Positions 1 through 9,102 of a stretch of DNA of 64,000 bases are shown piece by piece. How positions within the stretch are numbered: position 1 is the stretch's first letter; every line of letters starts with the position of its first letter. The position numbers and the translations under genes are program-made. Origin of the DNA: Gammaproteobacteria bacterium (lineage in GTDB: Bacteria > Actinomycetota > Acidimicrobiia > Spongiisociales > UBA4744); NCBI GenBank assembly GCA_011682695.1, contig JAACED010000003.1, positions 37-64,036 of the forward strand. The letters run 5' to 3'. The notes beneath the pieces are model-generated. The model had not been told where the DNA came from. It saw only the letters and a program-made list of their open reading frames with translations, and searched no databases.

Positions 1-87
1 AAGAACCCCAACGTTGCGGTCGTAGGCGTAGCCCGAGAACTCGCCGGGTTCGTGTGGGGACTCATGACCGGCAACCTCAACGAATAA
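1..87 (+). CDS. 3' end of an unidentified CDS truncated by the window edge (…NPNVAVVGVARELAGFVWGLMTGNLNE*)
   Basis: Frame-1 reading runs without a stop from base 1 to TAA at 85-87. Product not recognised. Confidence 0.3.
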   Translation, partial: KNPNVAVVGVARELAGFVWGLMTGNLNE

Positions 88-445
88 GAGAAACACGCTT
101 TGGGCACCCCCGCCTACCAGACGCCTCCCCCAGGATCGAGACGGCTCGTCACCTGCAACACTCCGCCTCGCTTCAGTCGGCACGCAGTCTCTGGCGGACA
201 CTCACAGAAGCCACCCAACAGCGAGACGGACGGGGAAAACAGCGGAACAACCCTCGTAAGGCACTATGCGTCCAAGACACGCGAAGCTAGTCAGAGGCAG
301 GTTCCGGCGAAACCAAGATGTGCGGTTCCGATCCGCGGATATCAGTATGGTCAACCGCCGCTGCCACACTCCCGTCCGTCCCGCTCCCCACCACCCCGAC
401 CCCCACCCAAACCGCCCCAACTTGACCGACCACCCCATATCAGTA

Positions 446-556
446 CCTTGGCCGGCAACGTTCGGGGTGTCGATGCCGAGGCAGGTGCGTCGAGGCGGAG
501 AACGCAGCGAGCGGCATTTCTGGCCGGCAGAACACCGCCGAGGTCGCCGGTCGAGA
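446..556. repeat. Copy A of a ~110-bp element with imperfect terminal inverted repeats. It lies in a 500-bp convergent intergenic region. An inverted copy is at 53810-53968.
   Basis: Direct alignment of 446-556 against the reverse complement of 53810-53968. Shared blocks include ccttggccggcaacgttcggggtgtcgatgccgagg and gttctgccggccag, tgccgctcgctgcgttctccgcctcgacgcacctgc, ggtcgccggtcgag. Element ends ggccggcaacgttcgg and ccgaggtcgccggtc are mutually complementary. Confidence 0.6.
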
Positions 557-589
557 CACTCGCGACTCTCAGGTGGTCGATGCCTTCCG

Positions 590-1180
590 TCAGGAGTGCT
601 CAGCCCGATTGCGATAGAGAGTCGGGTCCACGACGCCGGCCATCGCGAGTTCGTCGAGATGGCCTCCCAGAAAAGTGTTGACGCGAGCAACGTGGGTCTT
701 GGGGCGGTCCAGCATGGCGTGGTAGTCGATGTCGAGAGATTTGAAATCCGGGTGCCGGGCGAGCCAGGACGTGGCCCTGGCTACATGCTTGCCGAAGGCG
801 CGTTCCAAGGTTTCATCGCTGATTTGGTCGGGATCTTCTCCTCGCCGAAGGAGCATCTTGCGTTGGGAGGCGAGGATCTCCGGCATCCGCCGGTGCATGA
901 AGATCACCTGGTACGAGTAGCCTGATGGCAAGTACTCGAGGAGCGCAGCGATGACCTTCACTGCCTTGCCTCTCGCATCATCGAGCCAGCCCGTATCTCC
1001 GTCGGGGAGGCGCTTCACTCGTTCGAACTCGTAGTAACCCCGAGGATTGTCGTCATCGGGGGCGCGCACCCTGTCGGTGAGTGGAGGGATGCCTCCAGCC
1101 TCGAGTGCGCGCATCATCATGGATGTCCCGGAGCGGGGAAGGCCGGAGACGATGATGATGGGATGGCGGCGGCGAATCAC
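590..1180 (-). CDS. PAPS-dependent sulfotransferase family protein (Stf0-like)
   Basis: 196-aa ORF. N-terminal P-loop-like 5'-PSB motif IIIVSGLPRSGTSMM is typical of sulfotransferases. Whole-protein composition fits the Sulfotransfer_3 family. Confidence 0.7.
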   Translation of the reverse strand: MIRRRHPIIIVSGLPRSGTSMMMRALEAGGIPPLTDRVRAPDDDNPRGYYEFERVKRLPDGDTGWLDDARGKAVKVIAALLEYLPSGYSYQVIFMHRRMPEILASQRKMLLRRGEDPDQISDETLERAFGKHVARATSWLARHPDFKSLDIDYHAMLDRPKTHVARVNTFLGGHLDELAMAGVVDPTLYRNRAEHS

Positions 1181-1253
1181 GATTTCCTGATCTCAAGTGA
1201 GGCAGGAGTATAGGTGTTGTTCCCGAGATCGCAGTTCTTGAAGGGGGTGTCTG

Positions 1254-1877
1254 CTATCCGCTCTCGAGCGATCGAATCAGCGCACGCAACTGTCCCGGCT
1301 GACTCCGGAGTTGTGGAAGAGCAAGCATATCGGCGGTTTTCAGAGCATGGAGGCGCGATCTCAGCATGGCGTGCACTTCGGGATCTGCTTGTGCAGCGGC
1401 AAACAGGTCGGAAGCGACATAACCGGCAAATGATGCCAGCAGGTCGATTTTCGACTTCTCGATATTCAGGAGAATCGGAAGGCCGGGCCCGGATGCGGAG
1501 GGGCTCACATCGACACGGTAGTAGTCGTGGTCGGTGCCGACGTAGCTGACTCTGAGTTTCGAGATACCCGTTGGTCCGAAGGCTCCGACGAGACTGGCGC
1601 TCAAGCGGTCAACCATCAAATCGCCCGCGTTGTCTTGACGATTCACAGCCGCCAGAAACTGGCGATCCTCGTTCAGTGTAAGAGACAACAGCCCATCTCG
1701 ATCTCCGGAGACGATGTCCATGAGCGCATCGAGCACCGTGTTTTCCATCGCGTCGGCGTTCTCCTCGGTAAACGCCGAAGAAGAGGGGCTGACGTTTGGA
1801 GTTGTTCCTGATGTCGAACAACTTGAAGCTATGACAATGAAGATCATGCCGATCGTGCCGGCCCAAGAGCGTCGCAT
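1254..1877 (-). CDS. Lipoprotein, function unknown
   Basis: N-terminus MRRSWAGTIGMIFIVIASSC carries a lipobox (IASS-C). The opposite-strand ORF 1214-1549 was rejected. Confidence 0.55.
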   Translation of the reverse strand: MRRSWAGTIGMIFIVIASSCSTSGTTPNVSPSSSAFTEENADAMENTVLDALMDIVSGDRDGLLSLTLNEDRQFLAAVNRQDNAGDLMVDRLSASLVGAFGPTGISKLRVSYVGTDHDYYRVDVSPSASGPGLPILLNIEKSKIDLLASFAGYVASDLFAAAQADPEVHAMLRSRLHALKTADMLALPQLRSQPGQLRALIRSLESG

Positions 1878-1976
1878 ATCTGCAATGATTTTACTGTGTT
1901 GCAGGACATGGCGCGACCGTAGCGTGTAGTGTCGCAGTCAGGGTCAATGCCAGCGCGCTGGCGAAGGGAGGATGAC

Positions 1977-2552
1977 GTGTCACATCGGAAGAAACAGTTT
2001 CTATTGGTTGCCGTGTTGCTTGTGTTCGCGATGGTGGCGTCGGGCTGCTACACGATCAAGAACGCCTATATCAACAAGACTCAACTCGTATACGGGGAGA
2101 GCATGACGGCGGTAATCCAGCTGCGAAGCGTTTCAGATCTTCAGGGGCGTCCGACGGTGTGGGTGCTCATGCCGGACGATTGGTCGATTGGAGCACTCAA
2201 GGACTTCGACTCGGACACCATGGGTCATCATCCCCTTGGGACGAACTTCTCGGCCAAGCTGTGGGTCGAGACGGCAGGTAACTGTGTACAAGACGGTTTT
2301 GATGTGGGAGGACCGGCACCTACCGGATACGTGTGGAAGGCACTTCGGGTCACGGACGGCGACTTGTTGCCGTCAGGAACCACCGAGATCCAGCGGGTTC
2401 GAGTTCAGTTGGTGGCCGGATCGACCGCCCAAACCGTCGGCATCCGTTTCGTGACCGGAACGACGGTTGATGAAAGCGGGAACCCTGGCACGGTGGATTA
2501 CGGCATCTGTGCAGGCATCTACGTGCCGACGGTGACTGTCTCGGCGCCGTGA
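1977..2552 (+). CDS. Lipoprotein, function unknown
   Basis: GTG start at 1977 is preceded by gaagggagg (SD). N-terminus MSHRKKQFLLVAVLLVFAMVASGC carries a lipobox. The long track ORF begins at 1929, but the SD supports 1977. Confidence 0.55.
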   Translation: MSHRKKQFLLVAVLLVFAMVASGCYTIKNAYINKTQLVYGESMTAVIQLRSVSDLQGRPTVWVLMPDDWSIGALKDFDSDTMGHHPLGTNFSAKLWVETAGNCVQDGFDVGGPAPTGYVWKALRVTDGDLLPSGTTEIQRVRVQLVAGSTAQTVGIRFVTGTTVDESGNPGTVDYGICAGIYVPTVTVSAP

Positions 2553-2724
2553 TCCGAGCGCGATCGGTGATCGCCTCGGCTACATGAGCTACTGATCTCT
2601 GTTGGTACCGTGGGGGAGTCGTGGTACTCCCTCACGGGCGCGTCTGGCGTGTGGTCGTTGGCGTTGCACGCCCTGAGGCTCAGGTGTGACGGGGTATCTC
2701 GGGCATTTACGAAAGGTCTGAGAC

Positions 2725-4650
2725 ATGATGCGAGGCACCCGTGAGTCGATCCGGTGGGGTGTCCTTTTCGTAGCCGTCGCTTGTGGCGGCTACATCTTGC
2801 TCTTCCTGTGGGACAACTGGTTCGTCAACTACGACGGGGGCGCCTATCTGGCTCTTGCGAAGTCACTCCGCACAGGTCACGGGTACCGATTCCCCGACGG
2901 CTCGTTCGCCACGTTCCGGGGGCCGTTATACCCTCTCGTGATCGCCGGGGGTTGGCTGGTTCTGCCAGTCACCGCCAAGATGGCCATGTGGGTGACTCGA
3001 TCTCTGCTCATCTTGAACGCACTCTTGACATGTGGCCTCGCCTGCCGGTTCACGCGGCGATGGCTGCCTGCTGCAGCAGCCGGGATCTTTGTGATCGTCC
3101 AGCCGCTTCCGCTCGTCTCTGGCGGCTTGTTCTTCGTCCCAGACGTTCTTGCAGTGAGTTTCGTGCTCGCAGCCATACTGGTGCTTCCCACCGACGGTCA
3201 CGGACGCGGCGCACGATGGTTGCTGGTCGGGATGCTGTTGGGCCTCGCGTTTCTCTCGAAGGAGACAATGGGTCTTGCGCTCCTCCTCCCGGTTCTCATC
3301 GTGGCCGGGACACGAGGGATTCGTCACGCAGCACGTGTGACCCCTGAGATCATCCTTGGCTGGGTGGTGCCCGTCGGATTGTGGTCCATGGTCTCTCTGC
3401 GATATGCAGGAGTGTTGCCCACCGGACTTGGAGGTTTCGCAGGATGGTCGGCGTACGGGTTGCTTGCAGGGATCGTTATCGGTTCCACGGTGGGGACGAT
3501 CGTCGGTCGAAGGCACGACGTCGAGGTTACGTCGACGCGGTCCGTACAGCTGCCATGGCTGGGGCTCCTGCTCGTCGGGACGATCTGGCTGCTGGCAGTC
3601 GCCGTTCCACTGATACGACCTCTCGGCGAGGTCGGAATAGCGCTACGCAACGATCTGGACCGTTGGCTGTATCGGGGGACGGCTCGCACGGCACTGCTCG
3701 CAGCCGTCGTACCCACCCTTGCGTGGGGGCTGTGGCGCCGGAAGAGAAGGGACGTCTTCATCGTGCTGTCCATGGTCTCCCTTGGACTCGCGCTCATTGT
3801 CCACTCGTCCCTCGCCGGTCTCGGCCCCCGCAACGGAGTGTTGCTGGCCTACGGGGTGGCGCTGCTGGTGGCACTGTGGGCTCACGACACATGGAATCTG
3901 CAAACCATGCGTTGGCTGTGGAGACCCTTGGTCGTGGTGGTCTCGCTCGTGTTCATCTCTGTGAACGTGGTGGCCGGTTTCAAGACCAATGACCGTCTCG
4001 ACGCGCGCGGGCTGACCTGGGACGCCCCGGCGGTCAGTGCCTCCGCAGCTTGGCTCGGCAGCCAATCGGACGACGTGGTCTCGACGCCGGCTTTCTCCTC
4101 ATTCATGTCGGTCCTTGCGGCCAGATCGTTGCAGATGGAACTCGCGCCGGTGTTCACGCAGGATCGATCGGCGAGCACCCATATCACCCTTCGCTTCAAC
4201 AAGAGAGCCTGGTGGGCCGGGAGTGTGCCGGCACACCCGGATGAGGAGGACCGTCCCGTCGCGATCTCTGTCGCTCGCCGGACGGTGAGCGCCTTCTACG
4301 GACAGTCGCTCAACGCCGCCGCCAACGAGGGCACGCTCCTCGTCGTGACCGGCAACTTCGCCTCGATCGCCTCCGCCCTTGATGGCGGCGTCATCCTTCC
4401 GTACCTGGAAGCCCAGCCGAACGCCCACAGGGTCTACCAGTCGTCACTGGAGAACCTTCCTCAGTGGGTGGTCATCTACGAGATCGACGGTCCCCTCGAG
4501 GCGGATGCCACGCCACCGCTCGTGCATATGGCAGTCGATGCTCCTGTGCCGAGCCTGGCACCAGACCAGATCGTCATGGACAACCATGAGTACGAGAACA
4601 TGATCTTGGAAGTGCTCGGCGAGCCGCTCGAAACAGAGCTCCATCCGTGA
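2725..4650 (+). CDS. Polytopic membrane glycosyltransferase, GT-C fold (PMT/ArnT-like, GT39/GT83-type) with a C-terminal extracytoplasmic domain
   Basis: 641 aa with more than 10 predicted TM helices. First extracytoplasmic loop carries a D-G/E motif (NYDGGAYLALAKSL) resembling the DE loop of ArnT/PMT enzymes. A C-terminal soluble domain of about 180 aa follows. Confidence 0.6.
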   Translation: MMRGTRESIRWGVLFVAVACGGYILLFLWDNWFVNYDGGAYLALAKSLRTGHGYRFPDGSFATFRGPLYPLVIAGGWLVLPVTAKMAMWVTRSLLILNALLTCGLACRFTRRWLPAAAAGIFVIVQPLPLVSGGLFFVPDVLAVSFVLAAILVLPTDGHGRGARWLLVGMLLGLAFLSKETMGLALLLPVLIVAGTRGIRHAARVTPEIILGWVVPVGLWSMVSLRYAGVLPTGLGGFAGWSAYGLLAGIVIGSTVGTIVGRRHDVEVTSTRSVQLPWLGLLLVGTIWLLAVAVPLIRPLGEVGIALRNDLDRWLYRGTARTALLAAVVPTLAWGLWRRKRRDVFIVLSMVSLGLALIVHSSLAGLGPRNGVLLAYGVALLVALWAHDTWNLQTMRWLWRPLVVVVSLVFISVNVVAGFKTNDRLDARGLTWDAPAVSASAAWLGSQSDDVVSTPAFSSFMSVLAARSLQMELAPVFTQDRSASTHITLRFNKRAWWAGSVPAHPDEEDRPVAISVARRTVSAFYGQSLNAAANEGTLLVVTGNFASIASALDGGVILPYLEAQPNAHRVYQSSLENLPQWVVIYEIDGPLEADATPPLVHMAVDAPVPSLAPDQIVMDNHEYENMILEVLGEPLETELHP

Positions 4651-4690
4651 CCCATTCAAGGTTGGCGCCCCGCGGGCCGATGACGCAAGT

Positions 4691-6949
4691 GTGAAGCGAT
4701 CCGTCACACTTCTGGTGGCATTCCTGATCGCGGTCGCCTTCTTACCGTCCGTATCGGCCCTGGCAGCCGCGCCGTTGCGCGTCGCCGTGGTCGACTCGGA
4801 ATCGACCTATGTGAACTTCGCCCAACTCGGATGGTGGACGGAGCGTCCGCCTCGCGTCGCCCAGGTGCTGACCGATGCCGGCTACGACGTCGTCACCGCC
4901 GTTGATGCCGACCTCGAGAGCCGGGCGTTCCTCGATTCGATCGACGTGCTCATGCTGCCCCTCACCAGGGTCATGTCGGCGAGCGCCTCGATCACCGTAC
5001 GGGACTGGGTGGAGCAGGGCGGTTCACTGGTCGGGGTGTTCATCTCGCCGCGGATGCTGGCTCGAGACGGGTGCCGGTGGACCGGAACGGTGCATCCTCG
5101 ATACGTCACGAATCCCCAGTCGGACTGGACGTGCCCGACACCCGCCAACTCGGACGGCGGCTTTCAGTTCTGGGTGCTGGAGATGAACAGCGCCGTCTAC
5201 GAGTACGGGCCGCTGTCGGAGGCATATCAGACGATCTTCATCAACGATCCCACACCGAAGACCTTCTCGATCCTGGACGAGGCGCCGACCCACCCGATCG
5301 TGCAGGGCACACTCGACAGCCTCGGGATCTCGTCGGTTCGTCTCGACCGACCCACCGGAGCCGGAGCCGAGTTCGGGCGCATCTTCAACACCAACGCCAC
5401 CTCGATGCTGCGGTTCTCGATTCCACCGGGCACCGGTTCTGCCGAAGGTGTCGACGCGTCCCAGTACGACGGCTACACCGCAGCACAGGCGACAGGCTAC
5501 GGCGCCGGGCGGCTCGTCTTCTTCGACTTCGACCTCCTCGATTTCCTTCCGGAGCTCAACGCCACAAACGCAGCGCAGACGCACGAGGGAGTCACCCAGG
5601 GGAGCATCGCTCGTGAGCTTCTCGTCCAGTCCATCGACTGGGCCGCCGCCACGGGCGGAACGTCGGCGCCCCTCGACCGTCGCGCCCGGACCTGGGCCGA
5701 GGTCGACGTGTACAACAGCGGCATCTACCTCCGCCAGTATGTCAACGCCACCGGCAACGTCGGCCTCGTCGGCGATCTTCATGTTCGCATCTATGACCCC
5801 GCGGGGAACCTCGTCTACTCCAACACGCGTAGCAAGATCGGCGTCTATCCGGGTGGCCCCGACCTGCGCTACAGCCTCCCCGGGTACACGCCGGCAGGTG
5901 GTCTGTCGTCGTCGGGCACCTACCGGGTCGAGGTCGACTACACGTTCTCTTATCCAGGACTCGACGACATACATCTCGAGGCCGTCGACGTCGTCAAGAA
6001 CCAAGGCAAAGGGATCCAGACGCAACCGGTTCCCCTCGGTCCGCTCCCGGACCGCATCGCCGGTTCCGACCGTTACGCGACCGCCGCTGCGATCTCCGCG
6101 GCGGCGTTCGCTCCGAACGTGACCGTTGCCTATGTGGCGACGGGCGCCAACTTCCCCGACGCGCTCGCCGGCACCGCCGCGGCTCGAGGGCAAGGACCGG
6201 TCCTCCTCGTTGCTCCCACGGGCATTCCGGCGGCGACCGCGGGTGAACTCCAACGACTGCAACCCCAGCGGATCGTCGTACTCGGCGGAATCGGGGCGGT
6301 ATCCGCGGGAGTCGAAGCCTCGCTCGGCGGCTACACGTCCGGCTCGGTCACGCGTCTCGCAGGCGCCGACCGTTACGCGACCGCCGCAGCGATCTCCGCG
6401 GCGTCGTTCGCACCGAATGTGACCGTTGCCTATGTGGCGACGGGCGCCAACTTCCCCGACGCGCTCGCCGGCGGGCCCGTCGCGGCGTTGGGTGGCGGAC
6501 CGATCCTGCTCGTTGGGAACAGTGTCCCTGCAGCCACCGCCGCCGAACTGGCACGATTGCAGCCGGCGAAGATCGTCGTCCTCGGCGGCACCGGTGTCGT
6601 CTCGCCGGACGTCGAGGCTGCGCTGGCCTCATACACGTCGGGTTCGGTCCAGCGACTCGCCGGCGGGGACCGCTACGCGACCGGCGCGGCGATCTCGGCA
6701 TCGTTCTTCGACCCTGGTGTGTCCGTGGTCTACGTGGCGACCGCGGCGTCGTTCCCGGACGCTCTCGCCGGGGGAGCGGCGGCCGCCTTCGACGGATCGC
6801 CGGTGCTGCTCGTCTCGCCCACCAGTGTGCCCTCGGCCACGGCGACGGAGATCGTTCGTCTGGCGCCCGGTCGCGTCGTGGTGCTCGGTGGCACGGGAGC
6901 GGTCTCCGAAGCGGTCAGGACGGAGCTTGCGCTCCTCCTCGGATCATGA
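4691..6949 (+). CDS. Secreted protein: N-terminal ThuA/class-I-GATase-like domain followed by three CWB2 (cell wall binding repeat 2, PF04122-type) repeats
   Basis: GTG start with signal peptide VKRSVTLLVAFLIAVAFLPSVSALAAA. Three repeats match the CWB2 pattern G(S/A)DRYATAAAIS…VAYVATGANFPDALAG…GPVLLV…IVVLGG…VS. Confidence 0.8.
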   Translation: MKRSVTLLVAFLIAVAFLPSVSALAAAPLRVAVVDSESTYVNFAQLGWWTERPPRVAQVLTDAGYDVVTAVDADLESRAFLDSIDVLMLPLTRVMSASASITVRDWVEQGGSLVGVFISPRMLARDGCRWTGTVHPRYVTNPQSDWTCPTPANSDGGFQFWVLEMNSAVYEYGPLSEAYQTIFINDPTPKTFSILDEAPTHPIVQGTLDSLGISSVRLDRPTGAGAEFGRIFNTNATSMLRFSIPPGTGSAEGVDASQYDGYTAAQATGYGAGRLVFFDFDLLDFLPELNATNAAQTHEGVTQGSIARELLVQSIDWAAATGGTSAPLDRRARTWAEVDVYNSGIYLRQYVNATGNVGLVGDLHVRIYDPAGNLVYSNTRSKIGVYPGGPDLRYSLPGYTPAGGLSSSGTYRVEVDYTFSYPGLDDIHLEAVDVVKNQGKGIQTQPVPLGPLPDRIAGSDRYATAAAISAAAFAPNVTVAYVATGANFPDALAGTAAARGQGPVLLVAPTGIPAATAGELQRLQPQRIVVLGGIGAVSAGVEASLGGYTSGSVTRLAGADRYATAAAISAASFAPNVTVAYVATGANFPDALAGGPVAALGGGPILLVGNSVPAATAAELARLQPAKIVVLGGTGVVSPDVEAALASYTSGSVQRLAGGDRYATGAAISASFFDPGVSVVYVATAASFPDALAGGAAAAFDGSPVLLVSPTSVPSATATEIVRLAPGRVVVLGGTGAVSEAVRTELALLLGS
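6066..6472. repeat. Intragenic direct repeats: two ~107-bp copies (6066-6172 and 6366-6472) at about 95% DNA identity. They encode CWB2 repeats 1 and 2.
   Basis: Near-identical strings ccgaccgttacgcgaccgccgc…gtgaccgttgcctatgtggcgacgggcgccaacttccccgacgcgctcgccgg occur 300 bp apart. Confidence 0.85.
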
Positions 6950-7017
6950 AACCGTCCGGCACTTCGCCGGTACACTCGCACGAGTCGGAGTGAAGACGAC
7001 CGACCGAGAGGGATTCC

Positions 7018-8061
7018 TTGAAGATCGTTTCCGTTGTGGGTGCGCGACCCCAATTCATCAAGGCCGGCCCGGTTTCCAGGGCGCTCACAGCCGCGGGAGC
7101 CGAGGAAATCCTCGTGCACACCGGGCAGCACTACGACGACAGGATGTCGCGGGTGTTCTTCGAGGAACTCGACCTTCGCCGGCCTGATGTCGACCTGGGT
7201 GTCGGCTCCGGATCCCACGGTGCGCAGACGGCGAGGATGCTCGAAGGAGTCGAGCAGACTCTGGATGCCGAACATCCCGACGTCCTGCTGGTCTACGGTG
7301 ACACGAACTCGACACTTGCCGGCGCGCTGGCCGCAGCGAAGCTCCACATTCCGGTAGCCCACGTCGAAGCCGGGCTTCGTTCCGGCAGACGTGACATGCC
7401 CGAGGAGATCAACCGGGTCCTCACCGACCACGTCTCCGATTTCCTGTTCTGCCCCACCGTCACGGCGGTCGACCACCTTGCCCGAGAGGGGATTCACGAC
7501 GGTGTGCATCTCGTAGGGGATGTGATGGTCGACTCTCTGGAGATGATCCGTCCCCGATTGCGGTCCGACGCGGCGGCTCGCATCGGTGTGGACGGGAGGT
7601 ACTACGTGGCCACCTTGCACCGTGCCGACAACGTCGACCGTGAGGATCATCTGCGCGCCGCTCTCGAGGTCCTCGGAGCCGTGCCGGGCCCGGTGGTGCT
7701 GCCGGTCCACCCCCGCACCGCCGCATCGATTCGACGGTTCCGACTTCAGTTGCCCGGGAACGTACAGGCCATCGAACCGGTCGGCTATGTCGACATGCTG
7801 TCTCTGGTCGCACGCGCGGAGGCGGTCCTCACCGACTCCGGAGGGCTTCAGAAAGAGACGGTGCTGCTCGGCACACGATGCATCACGCTGCGAGGCGAAA
7901 CGGAATGGCCGGAGACGCTCGAAGGAGGATGGAACAGCGTCGTCGGTCTGGACGCAGCGCTCGTCTTGGAAGCCCTCTCGAAGCCGGCTCCACTCGGGAC
8001 GGTCACCGGGTTCGGTGACGGTCAGGCAGCCGAACGGATCGCCGAAATCCTCGTCTCATGA
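7018..8061 (+). CDS. wecB: UDP-N-acetylglucosamine 2-epimerase, non-hydrolysing (WecB/MnaA family). Candidate WbpI-type UDP-diacetamido-uronate 2-epimerase.
   Basis: TTG start after gagaggga. N-terminus MKIVSVVGARPQFIKAGPV…HTGQHYDDRMS…DVLLVYGDTNSTLAGALAAAKL is diagnostic of the family. Confidence 0.85.
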   Translation: MKIVSVVGARPQFIKAGPVSRALTAAGAEEILVHTGQHYDDRMSRVFFEELDLRRPDVDLGVGSGSHGAQTARMLEGVEQTLDAEHPDVLLVYGDTNSTLAGALAAAKLHIPVAHVEAGLRSGRRDMPEEINRVLTDHVSDFLFCPTVTAVDHLAREGIHDGVHLVGDVMVDSLEMIRPRLRSDAAARIGVDGRYYVATLHRADNVDREDHLRAALEVLGAVPGPVVLPVHPRTAASIRRFRLQLPGNVQAIEPVGYVDMLSLVARAEAVLTDSGGLQKETVLLGTRCITLRGETEWPETLEGGWNSVVGLDAALVLEALSKPAPLGTVTGFGDGQAAERIAEILVS

Positions 8062-9080
8062 GGATCCTGCTGATCTCCAACATGTGGCCCGGGGCCCGCA
8101 AGCCCCACTTCGGCATCTTCGTGAGGCAGCGCGTCGACGCGTACCGGGCCGGCGGCGCCGACGTGGTCGTCGTCGCGAACTCGGATCCCCGACACGGGCT
8201 TTGGGCGCTGTGGAAGTACACGGTCCTGCTGGGACGTGTTCTGGCGACGGCAGCTCGACGGCGTCCCGACGTCATCGAGGCGCACTATCTCGTTCCCACC
8301 GCGCTCTTCGGGTGGATCGCCGGGAAGCTCACCCATCGGCCCTATGCGCTCTACGCCCACGGCAGCGATGTCGATGGTCGGCTCCCGGCACTCGACTTCG
8401 TGGTGGACCGAGCTGCGCTCATTTTGACGAACGCCGACGCGACGGCCCGAAAGCTGGAGGAGCGTTTCTCCTCCCTGCCGGGAATCCGCGTCGTGCCGCC
8501 CGGCGTGGATCTCAGCCGATTCGCGCAGGTTCAACGCGCCGAAAGCGAGTATCCGACCGTCGGGTTTCTGGGGGATCTCGTCCAGCACAAAGGTGTGGAT
8601 GTTCTCCTCGACGCGGTAGCCGCCATGTCGCCGCAGCCGCGACTGCTCGTCGGAGGGGACGGTCCCGAACGTGCCGCTCTCCATCGGCGTGCAGCCGAGC
8701 GGGGCGTCGATGCACAGTGGCTCGGAGCCGTCCGTCCCGATCAGGTGCCGTCGTTCTTCTCGCACATCGACGTGGCCGCCGTCCCGTCGCGGCGGGACGC
8801 GCTCGGTGTGGTGGCTGTGGAGGCGCTGGCCGCCGGCGTCCCGGTGGTCGTGTCGCGAGTCGGAGGTCTCGCCGGGGTTCCGACGCCGGACTGCGGGGTC
8901 GCGGTCCCACCGGACGATCCCGAAGCGCTGCGCACATCGCTGCGTGCCTGGCTCGACACGCGCGGCGATCCCCAAGTGATCGCTGCCGCACGACGGCGGG
9001 CCGCCGACTTCGACGCGCACGTACTTGCCTCGAAGGCGATCGGTATCTTGACCGAAATCGCGGGGACACGTGCCCGCTGA
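8058..9080 (+). CDS. Glycosyltransferase family 4
   Basis: ATGA overlap with the upstream gene. GT-B fold with C-terminal E-X7-E-like motif (VVAVEALAAGVPVVVS). Confidence 0.8.
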   Translation: MRILLISNMWPGARKPHFGIFVRQRVDAYRAGGADVVVVANSDPRHGLWALWKYTVLLGRVLATAARRRPDVIEAHYLVPTALFGWIAGKLTHRPYALYAHGSDVDGRLPALDFVVDRAALILTNADATARKLEERFSSLPGIRVVPPGVDLSRFAQVQRAESEYPTVGFLGDLVQHKGVDVLLDAVAAMSPQPRLLVGGDGPERAALHRRAAERGVDAQWLGAVRPDQVPSFFSHIDVAAVPSRRDALGVVAVEALAAGVPVVVSRVGGLAGVPTPDCGVAVPPDDPEALRTSLRAWLDTRGDPQVIAAARRRAADFDAHVLASKAIGILTEIAGTRAR

Positions 9081-9102
9081 TTGATGGCATGATGGGACCG
9101 AA

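Noticed and set aside
100-925. ORFs 100-681 and 266-925 (+) across the first repeat element
   Set aside because: One overlaps the sulfotransferase antisense and the other reads through the repeat element. The shared peptide GNVRGVDAEAGAS with the ORF extension at 54009 is explained by the DNA repeat rather than by a protein family.
1214-1549. 111-aa plus-strand ORF overlapping the lipoprotein gene
   Set aside because: The opposite-strand ORF has a textbook lipoprotein signal. This ORF has none and is Arg-rich.
5024-6262. 412-aa minus-strand ORF, and similar long ORFs (7586-9106, 8022-9197, 9183-10523, 9616-10638, 12302-13525, 20674-21615, 22268-23263, 28137-29540, 31879-32676)
   Set aside because: All are antisense or out-of-frame to genes with clear family signatures. 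Their composition is Arg/Pro/Gly-rich, typical of GC-bias artefacts.
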